A stretch of 64,000 nucleotides of DNA from Candidatus Cloacimonadales bacterium. Its GTDB lineage: Bacteria > Cloacimonadota > Cloacimonadia > Cloacimonadales > JAFGVF01. The stretch is from assembly GCA_963667035.1 (NCBI GenBank), contig OY762964.1, positions 2,720,001 through 2,784,000 on the forward strand, given 5' to 3'. Of this stretch, positions 19,457 to 29,010 are shown piece after piece; the stretch's first letter is position 1, and every line of letters starts with the position of its first letter. The position numbers and the translations under genes were made by a program. The notes under the pieces were generated by a model, which saw only the letters and a list, made by a program, of their open reading frames with translations, had not been told where the DNA came from and did not search any database.

Positions 19457-20459
19457 GCTTCTCTGAAAGAGTAAACAGTTTTCGTTTTAAGATATTAATA
19501 TTCTTCCCGGATACGGATGATATTGCCATTATCTCTTCATGTACTTGTTCTGCAAACACTTCTTTAAGCTCTTTGAGTCTTTCGTCAATATCATCTGCAG
19601 GAATCGTATCAATCTTACTCATAACTATCAAGTGAGGTTTTCTATCTAAGAATTCATCATAGTTATGAAGTTCTGACTTTAAAATCTGATAATCATTAAG
19701 AGGATCAGAAGAGTTAATATCCAATAAGAAGAGCAATACCTTCGTTCTCTGTATATGCTGAAGGAATTGTATTCCAAGACCTTTGCCTAGATGTGCACCT
19801 TCAATAATTCCGGGTATATCAGCCATAACAAAGTTCTCATATTCACTAACAGAAATAACACCTAGTGATGGTTCAAGAGTAGTGAACTGATAATCGGCAA
19901 TCTTAGGTCTGGCGGCAGAAACAGTGCTAAGCAAAGTAGACTTACCGGCGTTAGGGAATCCTACCAAACCGACATCAGCCATAAGTTTGAGCACTAACTC
20001 AAGACTTTTGGATTGACCCGGTCTTCCATCTGTTGCGGTTCTAGGAGTTCTATGGGTAGCAGTTGCAAATCTTGTATTTCCTTTACCTCCCCGCCCACCT
20101 TTAGCAATGATTATCTCTTCATCAGAATCAATAATATCTGCAATCTTAATTCTCTCTCCGTCTATCATTTCCCATATCTCTGTGCCAATAGGAACTTCAA
20201 TGACCTCATTTTTCCCACTTCTACCAGTACGATTACCACCTCCTCCATTCTGACCGTTCTCCGCATTAATAGTTTGAACATGTCTAAAACTAAGTAGTGT
20301 ATTTATGTTACTGTTTCCTTTGAAAACAACATGACCACCATATCCACCGTCTCCCCCATCGGGCCCACCTTTGGGAATAAACTTTTCTCTTCTGAAACTA
20401 ATACAACCGTGTCCTCCGTTACCTGCACGTACTCTCACTTTCGCATGATCAATAAACAT
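19449..20459 (-). CDS. obgE: GTPase Obg/CgtA
   Basis: MFID..., FRREKFIPKGGPDGGDGG, VGFPNAGKST, DIPGIIEGA. Confidence 0.98.
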   Translation of the reverse strand: MFIDHAKVRVRAGNGGHGCISFRREKFIPKGGPDGGDGGYGGHVVFKGNSNINTLLSFRHVQTINAENGQNGGGGNRTGRSGKNEVIEVPIGTEIWEMIDGERIKIADIIDSDEEIIIAKGGRGGKGNTRFATATHRTPRTATDGRPGQSKSLELVLKLMADVGLVGFPNAGKSTLLSTVSAARPKIADYQFTTLEPSLGVISVSEYENFVMADIPGIIEGAHLGKGLGIQFLQHIQRTKVLLFLLDINSSDPLNDYQILKSELHNYDEFLDRKPHLIVMSKIDTIPADDIDERLKELKEVFAEQVHEEIMAISSVSGKNINILKRKLFTLSEKHE

Positions 20460-20601
20460 TCTATTTCCTTTATTTCTTATTCGTATTATTTTACTTCAAC
20501 ATAAAAATATCTCTGTCATGTAAAGTCAATTGTAAATTTTCATTGACGTATATTGTTAAGATTTAATACTCTTAGTAATAACAGTAGGTAATGGGAAATT
20601 C

Positions 20602-21210
20602 ATGAACTATAAATTATTTTTGGTGCTGATTAGTTTGGTCTTGCTATCAGCATGTTCGTTAAACAAAAGTCACAGTAAGCGGAGTAGTGATATGGAATTA
20701 AGATTTCCGCAAGATAAGATTGCATCTGAAGAAATTAATAAAAAAAAGAAACAACCTTATGCAGAAGAAAAGGGTCATTATATATTAGTAATCAAGCACC
20801 TCTTCAAACTCTATCATTACGAGAATGGTATTCCGGTTGCAGAATATTTTGTTGCTACCGGACTAAATTCAGGAGATAAACAATCAGTAGGTGATATGAG
20901 AACACCTGTTGGCAGATTTCCGATAGTAAGTATAGAGGATTCATCAACTTGGGAACATGATTTTAATGATGGGCATGGCTCAATAAAGGGAGCTTACGGA
21001 CCTTGGTTTATAAGACTTATGACTAATAGCGATACAACAGTAAGCAAGCAGACTTGGACCGGTATTGGTATACACGGTACTCATGCACCTGAATCTATTG
21101 GAAAAAGAGCAACAGAAGGTTGTATAAGATTAAAAAATAAGGACATCAGAGATTTAGTTAAATCTTTACCAGATAATGGGATTAATACAATCGTAGAGAT
21201 TATTGAGTAA
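20602..21210 (+). CDS. L,D-transpeptidase family (YkuD) lipoprotein
   Basis: Lipobox LSAC; GDMRTPVG; catalytic IGIHGT...GCIRL. Confidence 0.9.
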   Translation: MNYKLFLVLISLVLLSACSLNKSHSKRSSDMELRFPQDKIASEEINKKKKQPYAEEKGHYILVIKHLFKLYHYENGIPVAEYFVATGLNSGDKQSVGDMRTPVGRFPIVSIEDSSTWEHDFNDGHGSIKGAYGPWFIRLMTNSDTTVSKQTWTGIGIHGTHAPESIGKRATEGCIRLKNKDIRDLVKSLPDNGINTIVEIIE

Positions 21211-21216
21211 TTTTGT

Positions 21217-22056
21217 CTATATGTAGCTCTTTAATAAAGCTATTTCATTAGCCCAAATGTCCTCATTGGGAGTTTCCAAGATAAGAGGAATTTCATCGAA
21301 TCTACTATCTTGCATAATTAATCTGAAAGCTGTTAGACCAATCTTCCCTTCACCAAGATTCTCATGTCTATCTACATTTGAGGAAAGCTCTTTTTTAGAG
21401 TCATTCAAATGCATTCCTTTGAGCATGTTAAAACCTATAATACGATTAAACTCACTAAATACTTTATCAAAACCCTCTTCCGAGCTTAAATCATAACCTG
21501 CTGTATATGCATGACATGTATCAATACAGACACCTACCCTTGAAACGTCAATCACACCATCAATAATCGTTGCAATCTGCTCAAACGTATAACCCAGATT
21601 AGACCCTTGTCCAGCCGTGTTCTCTATTACAGTTATAACATTACTGCATCTTCTATGGGCTCTATTTATTGATTCAGAGATTAATTGAAGTGCACTATCT
21701 TCTTCAATTAACTTAAGATGACTTCCGGAATGAAAGTTAAGTAGCTTTAAACCTAACTGATTACATCTTTGCATTTCATCAATGAATGCTTGTAAAGATT
21801 TCTCCCTTAATTCACTATCAGGATGTCCTAAGTTTATTAAATAGCTATCATGAGGTAGAATTTTGTCCAAATTAAATTCGTTTGTAATACAGTTCTGCTT
21901 AAAATTTACAATAGACTCGGTAGTTAATGGTTTACTAACCCATCTTCTTTGATTCTTAACAAACAAGGCAAAAGTATCTGCCCCTATCTTTTTTGCATTT
22001 AGTGGAGCCTTATCCACTCCTCCCGATGCACTTACGTGAGCACCAATATACTTCAT
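21217..22056 (-). CDS. nfo: Endonuclease IV
   Basis: [42 protein letters not shown]. Confidence 0.97.
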   Translation of the reverse strand: MKYIGAHVSASGGVDKAPLNAKKIGADTFALFVKNQRRWVSKPLTTESIVNFKQNCITNEFNLDKILPHDSYLINLGHPDSELREKSLQAFIDEMQRCNQLGLKLLNFHSGSHLKLIEEDSALQLISESINRAHRRCSNVITVIENTAGQGSNLGYTFEQIATIIDGVIDVSRVGVCIDTCHAYTAGYDLSSEEGFDKVFSEFNRIIGFNMLKGMHLNDSKKELSSNVDRHENLGEGKIGLTAFRLIMQDSRFDEIPLILETPNEDIWANEIALLKSYI

Positions 22057-22277
22057 TGAAAACTCCAGAATGAATTTATGAGCATTCTATGAAGCAACTG
22101 ATAATGTGCAAGTTTTTTAACATAAGTTCGTATTAAACAAACAAAAGGAAATGAGATGACCTTGGAAAATAAAGCTTAAGTTATATATAATAACAATATC
22201 AAACAAAAAAAGAATTGCAGAAAAACCCGATTTAGGATTAAAATGAACCAAATCTAATATCTTGAGGTTAAGAAAGA

Positions 22278-22913
22278 GTGAGTGAATCATATACATCTAA
22301 CACTATTATTTCATATATAAACTCATTTTTGAGTTATCCCAATCCCGTTTTACCGGAAATGGAAAGGAAGCATCAGACAAGAATAAACATTCAACCTAAT
22401 ATGAGTTTACAGGGAGCTACATTATTACAGTGTCTTTTAATAATGAACAATGCAAAACATGTAATCGAGATAGGTGCATGTATAGGTTACTCGGCAATAT
22501 TCATTGGTGAAGTAATGAAAAAGAACGGTGGTAAGTTGTACACTATAGAGATTGATGAAAGATTTATCCCTGAAATCTATGAAAACATCTTATCTGCTGA
22601 TTTATACAAACAGATTGAAGTAATTAACGGAGATGCCGAGGAAAAACTTGATACAATATCCGGAGAAGCCGACTGTATCGTGTTGGATGCTAATAAACCT
22701 TTGTATCCGAGAATACTTACAAAATGTATTGATAAACTTAGGGTTGGCGGTTTTATTTTTGCAGATGATACCCTCTTTAAGCCTATGGGATTAGCAAAAA
22801 GACTCAGTGAGCCCATGGACGAATACAATAAGCTGGTTTTTAATCAAAGCAATCTGATTAGTACAATATTGCCTATAGGTGATGGAATTACTCTAAGTAT
22901 AAAAACAAGTTAA
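22278..22913 (+). CDS. SAM-dependent O-methyltransferase (CCoAOMT/TrmR-like)
   Basis: IEIGACIGYS, LDANK, ADDTLF, PIGDGI motifs. Confidence 0.85.
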   Translation: MSESYTSNTIISYINSFLSYPNPVLPEMERKHQTRINIQPNMSLQGATLLQCLLIMNNAKHVIEIGACIGYSAIFIGEVMKKNGGKLYTIEIDERFIPEIYENILSADLYKQIEVINGDAEEKLDTISGEADCIVLDANKPLYPRILTKCIDKLRVGGFIFADDTLFKPMGLAKRLSEPMDEYNKLVFNQSNLISTILPIGDGITLSIKTS

Positions 22914-22923
22914 GGAGAACTAA

Positions 22924-23478
22924 ATGATAAAAAAGAGTATTTACATAATTGTTGTTATAGCTTTAGCTATTGTAATGATGGCAGCAGACAGTGATAACGA
23001 AGTTAAGAAGCTATTTAGAAAATCAAGAATTAAACAGTGTGGCGGCACTCTGATACAAAAAGAAGACGGATGGTATTTAAAAGCAGATAATAATCAGGAA
23101 CCAATGCTTTATATTGACTCTGCTGATATTGAGAACAACGAGAAAGTGAATTGGGTTAATGGGGCTACAGTAAAATTAGTAGGTCTTGCTCATCAGGAAA
23201 AGCTCTTAGTTACTACTGTCATTACTGAAACTGATACAATATTTGTAAGGGACTCTAAAGGTGATAAATATACGGAAGAAGGTCTTGCTTCAAAGTGGAG
23301 TGTCATTCCTGAAAAATGTATAGGTTGTGGACTCTGTGTAAGATTATGTCCTGTTGATGCAATAACTATGGTTAAAGGCAAAGCTTTGATTGATCAATCA
23401 AAGTGCATTAATTGCGGTAATTGTGCTCATGGTGGAATCAGAGGAAGAGGTTGTCCTACAAGTGCAATTAAGAAATGA
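22924..23478 (+). CDS. Exported protein with C-terminal 2x[4Fe-4S] ferredoxin domain
   Basis: N-terminal signal-like stretch; CIGCGLCVRLCP and CINCGNC-x8-CP motifs. Confidence 0.8.
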   Translation: MIKKSIYIIVVIALAIVMMAADSDNEVKKLFRKSRIKQCGGTLIQKEDGWYLKADNNQEPMLYIDSADIENNEKVNWVNGATVKLVGLAHQEKLLVTTVITETDTIFVRDSKGDKYTEEGLASKWSVIPEKCIGCGLCVRLCPVDAITMVKGKALIDQSKCINCGNCAHGGIRGRGCPTSAIKK

Positions 23479-24466
23479 AATTATCCTATTCATATTAGTA
23501 ACTGTTTTTTTACTATTAGTCGGATGCAACGATTCCATATCCAAACTTTCTGTTGCAAGCAATATTGCACCCGACCCAATATCCGGACTTACAACACTTA
23601 AAGTAAATGACAATTATATTCAAGTTATTTGGGATATACCTATTAGTGATTACTTGGACCATTACATGGTTTATATATGTGAGAATAGCGATGTATTGAC
23701 TTTAACTGATAACTTATATACTGATAAGCTCCTCGGATTTGCAGGAAAGAATAGACAGGGTATCACTATTAGAAATCTGCAAGCATCTACAGAGTATAAA
23801 CTTGGTGTTATTTCTGTTAACAAGTATGGAGCAAATAATGGACTTCAAGATTCAATTGTAGTTACAACTACCGACTTGCATATAAATGATACTGAAGTGC
23901 CACAAACACCGGAGTTAGTTAATATCTCAGCCCATTTAACAAAAGGTATTGATTCCGCAGCTAATACTGAGATTGAAATAGAGTTTACCCCTGGGAATGG
24001 AGAAGAGTTAATTACACCTGATATTAGGTTTTCTCCTATGCCTGCTTTTGCGAACTGGGATTCAGCTTTTCCAATCACTAATTCGGAATTATTTGTTCCT
24101 GAGGTTTTAAATGGAGAGACAGGTGTTATAAGATTTAATTTTCAAGATGCAGCTTGGCCTATACCGTTCCAAATGAATGATTTTGAGTTTATGATATTAC
24201 TTAAAAGCAAAGATGCAGAAAACAACGTATCAGAAAACTCCATAAATACTATGGGTATATTCAAAGTTGAAGTTCAATCAGGCTGTATAAAATGCTGGAA
24301 CTGCATAAATATTTGTCCTGAAAACGCTATTTCTAAATCAAGTTCAAAGGCCGTAATTGATATAACAAAATGCACCAGATGTGGCGATTGTGTGTTGAAA
24401 TGTGCAGATAAAGGTTCTGAAGTAATCTTCTTCAAGACTGAAGAAACCGGAGGCTCCAAATGGTAA
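23462..24466 (+). CDS. Lipoprotein with FN3-like domain and C-terminal 2x[4Fe-4S] domain
   Basis: Probable GTG start 23462; lipobox LLVGC; FN3-like W..Y..L...TEY pattern; CIKCWNCINICP and CTRCGDCVLKC. Confidence 0.78.
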   Translation: MQLRNEIILFILVTVFLLLVGCNDSISKLSVASNIAPDPISGLTTLKVNDNYIQVIWDIPISDYLDHYMVYICENSDVLTLTDNLYTDKLLGFAGKNRQGITIRNLQASTEYKLGVISVNKYGANNGLQDSIVVTTTDLHINDTEVPQTPELVNISAHLTKGIDSAANTEIEIEFTPGNGEELITPDIRFSPMPAFANWDSAFPITNSELFVPEVLNGETGVIRFNFQDAAWPIPFQMNDFEFMILLKSKDAENNVSENSINTMGIFKVEVQSGCIKCWNCINICPENAISKSSSKAVIDITKCTRCGDCVLKCADKGSEVIFFKTEETGGSKW

Positions 24467-24711
24467 AGAAACTGGTATTGCTTGGCTTAATACTTATAAC
24501 GATTCTTCTTGCAGTAACTATTGAAGACAAGCGTAGCCCACTGGTTCTCAAGAATAAATGCGTAGGATGTGGAGACTGTATTGAGGCATGTCCGGTTGAA
24601 GCTATTGAGCTTAAAAAAGGTAAAGCTACTATAGACAACCAAATATGTATAAATTGCGGAATATGCTTCAAAACTTGTACATACAGTGCCATCAGGAGTG
24701 AGAATGAATAA
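24460..24711 (+). CDS. Small 2x[4Fe-4S] ferredoxin with N-terminal signal or anchor
   Basis: MVKK plus 15 hydrophobic residues; CVGCGDCIEACP and CINCGICFKTC; GGAGG RBS. Confidence 0.85.
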   Translation: MVKKLVLLGLILITILLAVTIEDKRSPLVLKNKCVGCGDCIEACPVEAIELKKGKATIDNQICINCGICFKTCTYSAIRSENE

Positions 24712-24946
24712 GATAGTTATCGTTCTTGTCATAATGGTTGTTGCACTTGCTATCGGTTGTGATAAAGTTACAAAGCCCGAATATAACGTTGAGAATTCAA
24801 CATGTAATGCTTGTGGTAACTGCATTGATGTATGTCCTAACGATGCTATAGAGTTTGATAAAAATGGAAAAGCAATTATAGACCAAACTAAATGTATTCA
24901 ATGTGCCAAGTGCATTCCGGTTTGCCCTCAAGGAGCGATATACTAA
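24704..24946 (+). CDS. Lipoprotein 2x[4Fe-4S] ferredoxin
   Basis: ATG 24704 with AGGAG RBS; lipobox LAIGC; CNACGNCIDVCP and CIQCAKCIPVCP. Confidence 0.87.
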   Translation: MNKIVIVLVIMVVALAIGCDKVTKPEYNVENSTCNACGNCIDVCPNDAIEFDKNGKAIIDQTKCIQCAKCIPVCPQGAIY

Positions 24947-26154
24947 TGAAATACTTAACTATAATTATACTTTTGTTTGTCATTAGTTCCGCTTTTTCTT
25001 TTGACCTTAAAAATCTCAATGATTTCTCGATAGGATACTATAGTGTTGATGGAAAGAACTTAATGAATTCTAGGGAGAAGCTCTTCACGGACATATCTTT
25101 TAATAGCTATTTCGCCGGTGGTATTGAGCTTGACCTTTTGATCTCAGAAAATGAATATAAACAAAAGAATTTCTATGTTTATGATAGATTTAAATCATAT
25201 CTAACTTGGAACTATGAGAGCACAACTCTCTCTACTTCTTTCAGTAACACTCTTTTTGATAATGCTAAAACCAATGAGATAATTTTAACAGGTTTGTTCG
25301 ATCCGGTAATAAAACCTGTTTCAAAAAACAGTCTTACTTTTGCAGCTACACATAATCAGTGGAATTTTAACATTGATGGAGCAATCAGGTATAGGAACCT
25401 TAATTATGATTATCATCTATCTGAGGAAACAGAGCATGAGAACGACCTATTTATCGATTTAACGCTTTCAAGAGATATTATTGAGGGATTAGGAGCCTTT
25501 ACAACAATATATTATAAGAATGATTTGAATGATATACCTAATTCGGAGATTCCGGATAACTTCGAGATTAACGACCCGAGTAAATATTATAATGAACTTA
25601 CACTAGGGGGAGGAGTATACTGGAAAAAACGTTTTAGTAATAATCAAGTGATTAAAGTATCAACAGCATATCTACATAGAGACGGTGAAACAATTCCTGA
25701 TTATCTAACTCACTATTTTATAACGGATGTACGCTACCCATATTCATTATCACCACTTCTATATGGTTATATCTCAGGTATTAGCAGAGGATGTTATAAT
25801 GAACAGGACGATAAGTTTTACAGAGTTTCCAATCTTATTAGAGCTCAATTAAAGTATTCACTTAATCCTTTTGATTCTCGGGCTTATATTTGTGCCGGTT
25901 TTAAATACAATCCGGAGAACAAAACAGATAGATATTACGGGGAAGTTTCGTATCCGATTGATAGATTCTTAACTCTAAGGGTTGCCGATTATATCTCTCC
26001 TAAATATTACAATAACGTTGTTACCGGAATAGAATACTCTTTTGCAAAATACAATTCGATATATTTGGAGAACACTTATTCTATCGTCAAAAGTGATGTA
26101 CTCGCATTAGCTGATAACAATGAGTTAAGATTAGGTACAAGGATAGCATTTTAA
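24946..26154 (+). CDS. Putative outer-membrane beta-barrel protein
   Basis: TAATG coupling to previous gene; signal peptide ending AFS; Tyr/Phe-rich alternating strands; C-terminal LRLGTRIAF beta-signal. Confidence 0.65.
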   Translation: MKYLTIIILLFVISSAFSFDLKNLNDFSIGYYSVDGKNLMNSREKLFTDISFNSYFAGGIELDLLISENEYKQKNFYVYDRFKSYLTWNYESTTLSTSFSNTLFDNAKTNEIILTGLFDPVIKPVSKNSLTFAATHNQWNFNIDGAIRYRNLNYDYHLSEETEHENDLFIDLTLSRDIIEGLGAFTTIYYKNDLNDIPNSEIPDNFEINDPSKYYNELTLGGGVYWKKRFSNNQVIKVSTAYLHRDGETIPDYLTHYFITDVRYPYSLSPLLYGYISGISRGCYNEQDDKFYRVSNLIRAQLKYSLNPFDSRAYICAGFKYNPENKTDRYYGEVSYPIDRFLTLRVADYISPKYYNNVVTGIEYSFAKYNSIYLENTYSIVKSDVLALADNNELRLGTRIAF

Positions 26155-27125
26155 TGTTTAAAACTTTCACGGAAGGATTTATTCTGGGACTAACAACCGG
26201 TACTGTGTGCTTGGTTAGCTGCACTCCCATATATCTACCTTTTATAATTTCAGAAAAACGTTCTATCAGTAAAAACTTTCTGAAAGTAATGGAAATCTCT
26301 GCAGGTAGATTCTTTTCTTACTTGTCATTTGGTGCCTTAGCAGGATGGTTAGGTGGAAATATTGCTACGATAGATAGAAATCTGTTCACGGGAATCGCCT
26401 ATATTCTTTTAACGGTTTTTATGCTTCTATCGTTCTTTAGATTAACTAGAAAAGAGAAGAGTTGCCATATACCCAAATTTGTTAATGTAACTAGAAGTGC
26501 ATTTTTATTAGGCATATTTACCGGGATTAACTTTTGTCCTTCCTTTTTAATTGCATTATCGAAAGCAATTGACTTGGCAGGTCCTTTGAGTGGAATCTTG
26601 TTATTCTTTGGTTTCTTTGTCGGCACTTCACTTTTCCTAATTCCTTTAGCATTTACCGGATTTCTTTCAAAGATGAAGCTTATGAAAGTAATTGCAAGAT
26701 ATGCTTCAATTGCAATAGCTCTCTACTTCTTATACTCAGGTATCCATAAGATAAAGGATTTTATTGTTTCATCTCAAGCCAGAATTGTAGATCCGATATC
26801 AGTTGAATACAAGTTAACTTTGTTTACTGATGATCCTAATTCTGAATTTTATAAAGTACTTTCAGATTCATTAATAGCAATTAAATCTAATCAGTTCACA
26901 TTTGTAAGTACTGATAAACTAGGAATATCAACTTTAGCATCTGTTCAGAAAGGGACAATTCTATTGATAGCTCCGAATTTGGTAAACGATACAAACATCA
27001 AAGCTATTAAAAATACTGACCATTATATCATGAATCCACAGCATTCACCAGCCGGCGTGATTAATTTCATGAGGAATTATAGTATTAAGGTTGGAAAGAA
27101 CCAATTCTTAGAATGGGAATTTTAA
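26154..27125 (+). CDS. DsbD_2 / TauE-SafE-like membrane protein with soluble C-terminal domain
   Basis: GTVCLVSCTP and GINFCP membrane Cys motifs, GRFFSY, FFVGT; about 6 TM helices. Confidence 0.7.
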   Translation: MFKTFTEGFILGLTTGTVCLVSCTPIYLPFIISEKRSISKNFLKVMEISAGRFFSYLSFGALAGWLGGNIATIDRNLFTGIAYILLTVFMLLSFFRLTRKEKSCHIPKFVNVTRSAFLLGIFTGINFCPSFLIALSKAIDLAGPLSGILLFFGFFVGTSLFLIPLAFTGFLSKMKLMKVIARYASIAIALYFLYSGIHKIKDFIVSSQARIVDPISVEYKLTLFTDDPNSEFYKVLSDSLIAIKSNQFTFVSTDKLGISTLASVQKGTILLIAPNLVNDTNIKAIKNTDHYIMNPQHSPAGVINFMRNYSIKVGKNQFLEWEF

Positions 27126-27332
27126 ATACTGCCGAACTATAATGTAATGACTGTTAATTTAGACAGCCATTCATGTTTTATAATAGAGATTGAATACCAA
27201 AACTGTTTATCCTATACTGAGATTATTGAGTTTCAGATTATCCAAAAATGGGTAAATACTCAAAAAAATGGGGCAATAAATAAAAAAACTTGATTGATTT
27301 AGGTGTTATCAGAATATGATTTAAAGAAGAAT

Positions 27333-27348
27333 TGGTGGAAAACTTGCA
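27333..27348 (+). promoter_or_regulatory. Putative sigma54 (-24/-12) promoter
   Basis: TGGTGGAAAACTTGCA fits TGG-N8-TTGCA, about 55 nt before the dsbD start. Confidence 0.5.
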
Positions 27349-27403
27349 TAACTGTATTTACATTTTATAATTAATATAATAGTTAAATAAATCTACGGAG
27401 GAT

Positions 27404-29008
27404 TTGATGCGCAAGAGCTTACTAATTGCCGTAACTCTCTTAATGCTACTTATTAGTAGCCTGTTAGCTCAGGCTAGCCCTGAAGTTGAGTTCGAGTTCC
27501 AAAGGGGAGATGGAACCGGAACACTGTTAATGAAATTCACTATTCCTGAACACTATTATCAATCATATGTTGTTGGCGATGATATGCCAATGTTCTATAT
27601 GGAGGCAAGTGCTGAAGGTTTTGAGTTTGAACCAGCTAACTATCCTAATCCTGACAATGTTAAAATCGGAGAGACAGTTAAGTATAAACATGAAGCAGTA
27701 TTATCTCAAACTTTCACTTATAATCCAGAGACAAAAGATGGTAAGATAAAAATTGCTTACGGTTATCAGTTATGTGAAGCAGGAGCTGCTTGCGAGTTAC
27801 CTATAGATGACGAAGTAACTCTTTCTTTTGCAACCGGAAAACCTATACAAAACGAAGAAGTTGTAATGGAAGAAACTATCTCTGAAGGAGATGCCGAAGA
27901 AAATCAAAAAATCATTGAAGCTTTCACAAAACTAAATGATAGATATGTTGTAAAAGGCTCAAAAACAGGATTTATTAAAGCGGAAAAGTTTATTGCTTTC
28001 CTCGAAAATCCAAGTGCAATCGGTGATTCAGGCTCAGAAGTTTCTGATAAGAAAGAAGGATTCGAAGGCAAAAGCATCTGGCTTATACTAATATCCATTT
28101 TGATCGGTGGACTTTTAATGAATCTTACACCATGTGTACTGCCAATGATACCGATAACAGTTGCTATAATCGGAGCAGGTTCACAAGGGCAATCAAAAGG
28201 CAAAGGCATAATGCTGGGGACTAGTTACGGACTCGGAATGGCAATCGCCTATGGAGCTTTAGGATTAATAGCAGCGTTAACCGGTTCTGCTTTTGGACAA
28301 CTTAACTCTTCATGGATCTTTAATGCAGTTATTGCATTAATCTTTATATTGTTAGCTCTAGCCATGTTTGATGTATTTGCAATAGACTTTTCAAAATATC
28401 AGAATCCTAACAAGAGGGCTCAACAGCGTGGTAAAGTAGCAGGAGTTTTTGTAATGGGTATCTTTGCTGCTCTATTAGCAGGAGCATGTGTTGCCCCAAT
28501 CCTCATTGCTGTTATTATTTATGCCGGGAATTTATACAGTCAGGGTAATGTTCTCGGATTGGCTCTTCCTTTCCTTCTTGGTATTGGAATGGCACTACCT
28601 TGGCCATTCTTAGGTGGAGGTATGTCTATTCTTCCGAAACCAGGTAACTGGATGAAGTGGGTAAAGATTATATTTGGTGTTTTCATACTATTTATGGCAT
28701 ATAAATATAGCTCTAATGCTTACCATATCCTCAAGCCCAAACCGGTTGTTGGAACAATATCTCAAATTGAGACAGCTATAAAAGAAAAGAAACCCATATT
28801 CTTAGATTTTACAGCGTCCTGGTGTAGTTCATGTAAAGAAATGGATAGGTCAACATTCAAAGATGATGGTGTTATTGAGACTCTTAAAAAATATGAGTTT
28901 ATTAAATACTATGCCGAAAAGCCAAGTAACTCACCAGCAAAGGAAGTTATGAATTTATTTAGTGTTAAAGGTCTTCCAACCTATATTATTTTAGAGCCTA
29001 GGGAATAG
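27404..29008 (+). CDS. dsbD: Thiol:disulfide interchange protein DsbD
   Basis: N-domain CEAGAAC, TM LTPCVLPMIP and GACVAP, PKPGNWM, C-terminal thioredoxin FTASWCSSC. Confidence 0.9.
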   Translation: MMRKSLLIAVTLLMLLISSLLAQASPEVEFEFQRGDGTGTLLMKFTIPEHYYQSYVVGDDMPMFYMEASAEGFEFEPANYPNPDNVKIGETVKYKHEAVLSQTFTYNPETKDGKIKIAYGYQLCEAGAACELPIDDEVTLSFATGKPIQNEEVVMEETISEGDAEENQKIIEAFTKLNDRYVVKGSKTGFIKAEKFIAFLENPSAIGDSGSEVSDKKEGFEGKSIWLILISILIGGLLMNLTPCVLPMIPITVAIIGAGSQGQSKGKGIMLGTSYGLGMAIAYGALGLIAALTGSAFGQLNSSWIFNAVIALIFILLALAMFDVFAIDFSKYQNPNKRAQQRGKVAGVFVMGIFAALLAGACVAPILIAVIIYAGNLYSQGNVLGLALPFLLGIGMALPWPFLGGGMSILPKPGNWMKWVKIIFGVFILFMAYKYSSNAYHILKPKPVVGTISQIETAIKEKKPIFLDFTASWCSSCKEMDRSTFKDDGVIETLKKYEFIKYYAEKPSNSPAKEVMNLFSVKGLPTYIILEPRE

Positions 29009-29010
29009 AT

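Noticed and set aside
23390..23461. N-terminal extension of the 358-aa ORF as given in the track
   Set aside because: It overlaps the upstream ferredoxin gene deeply and would bury the lipoprotein signal; GTG 23462 is preferred.
24460..24946. HgcB-like mercury methylation ferredoxin
   Set aside because: No hgcA corrinoid gene and no C-terminal Cys-Cys; these proteins have export signals.
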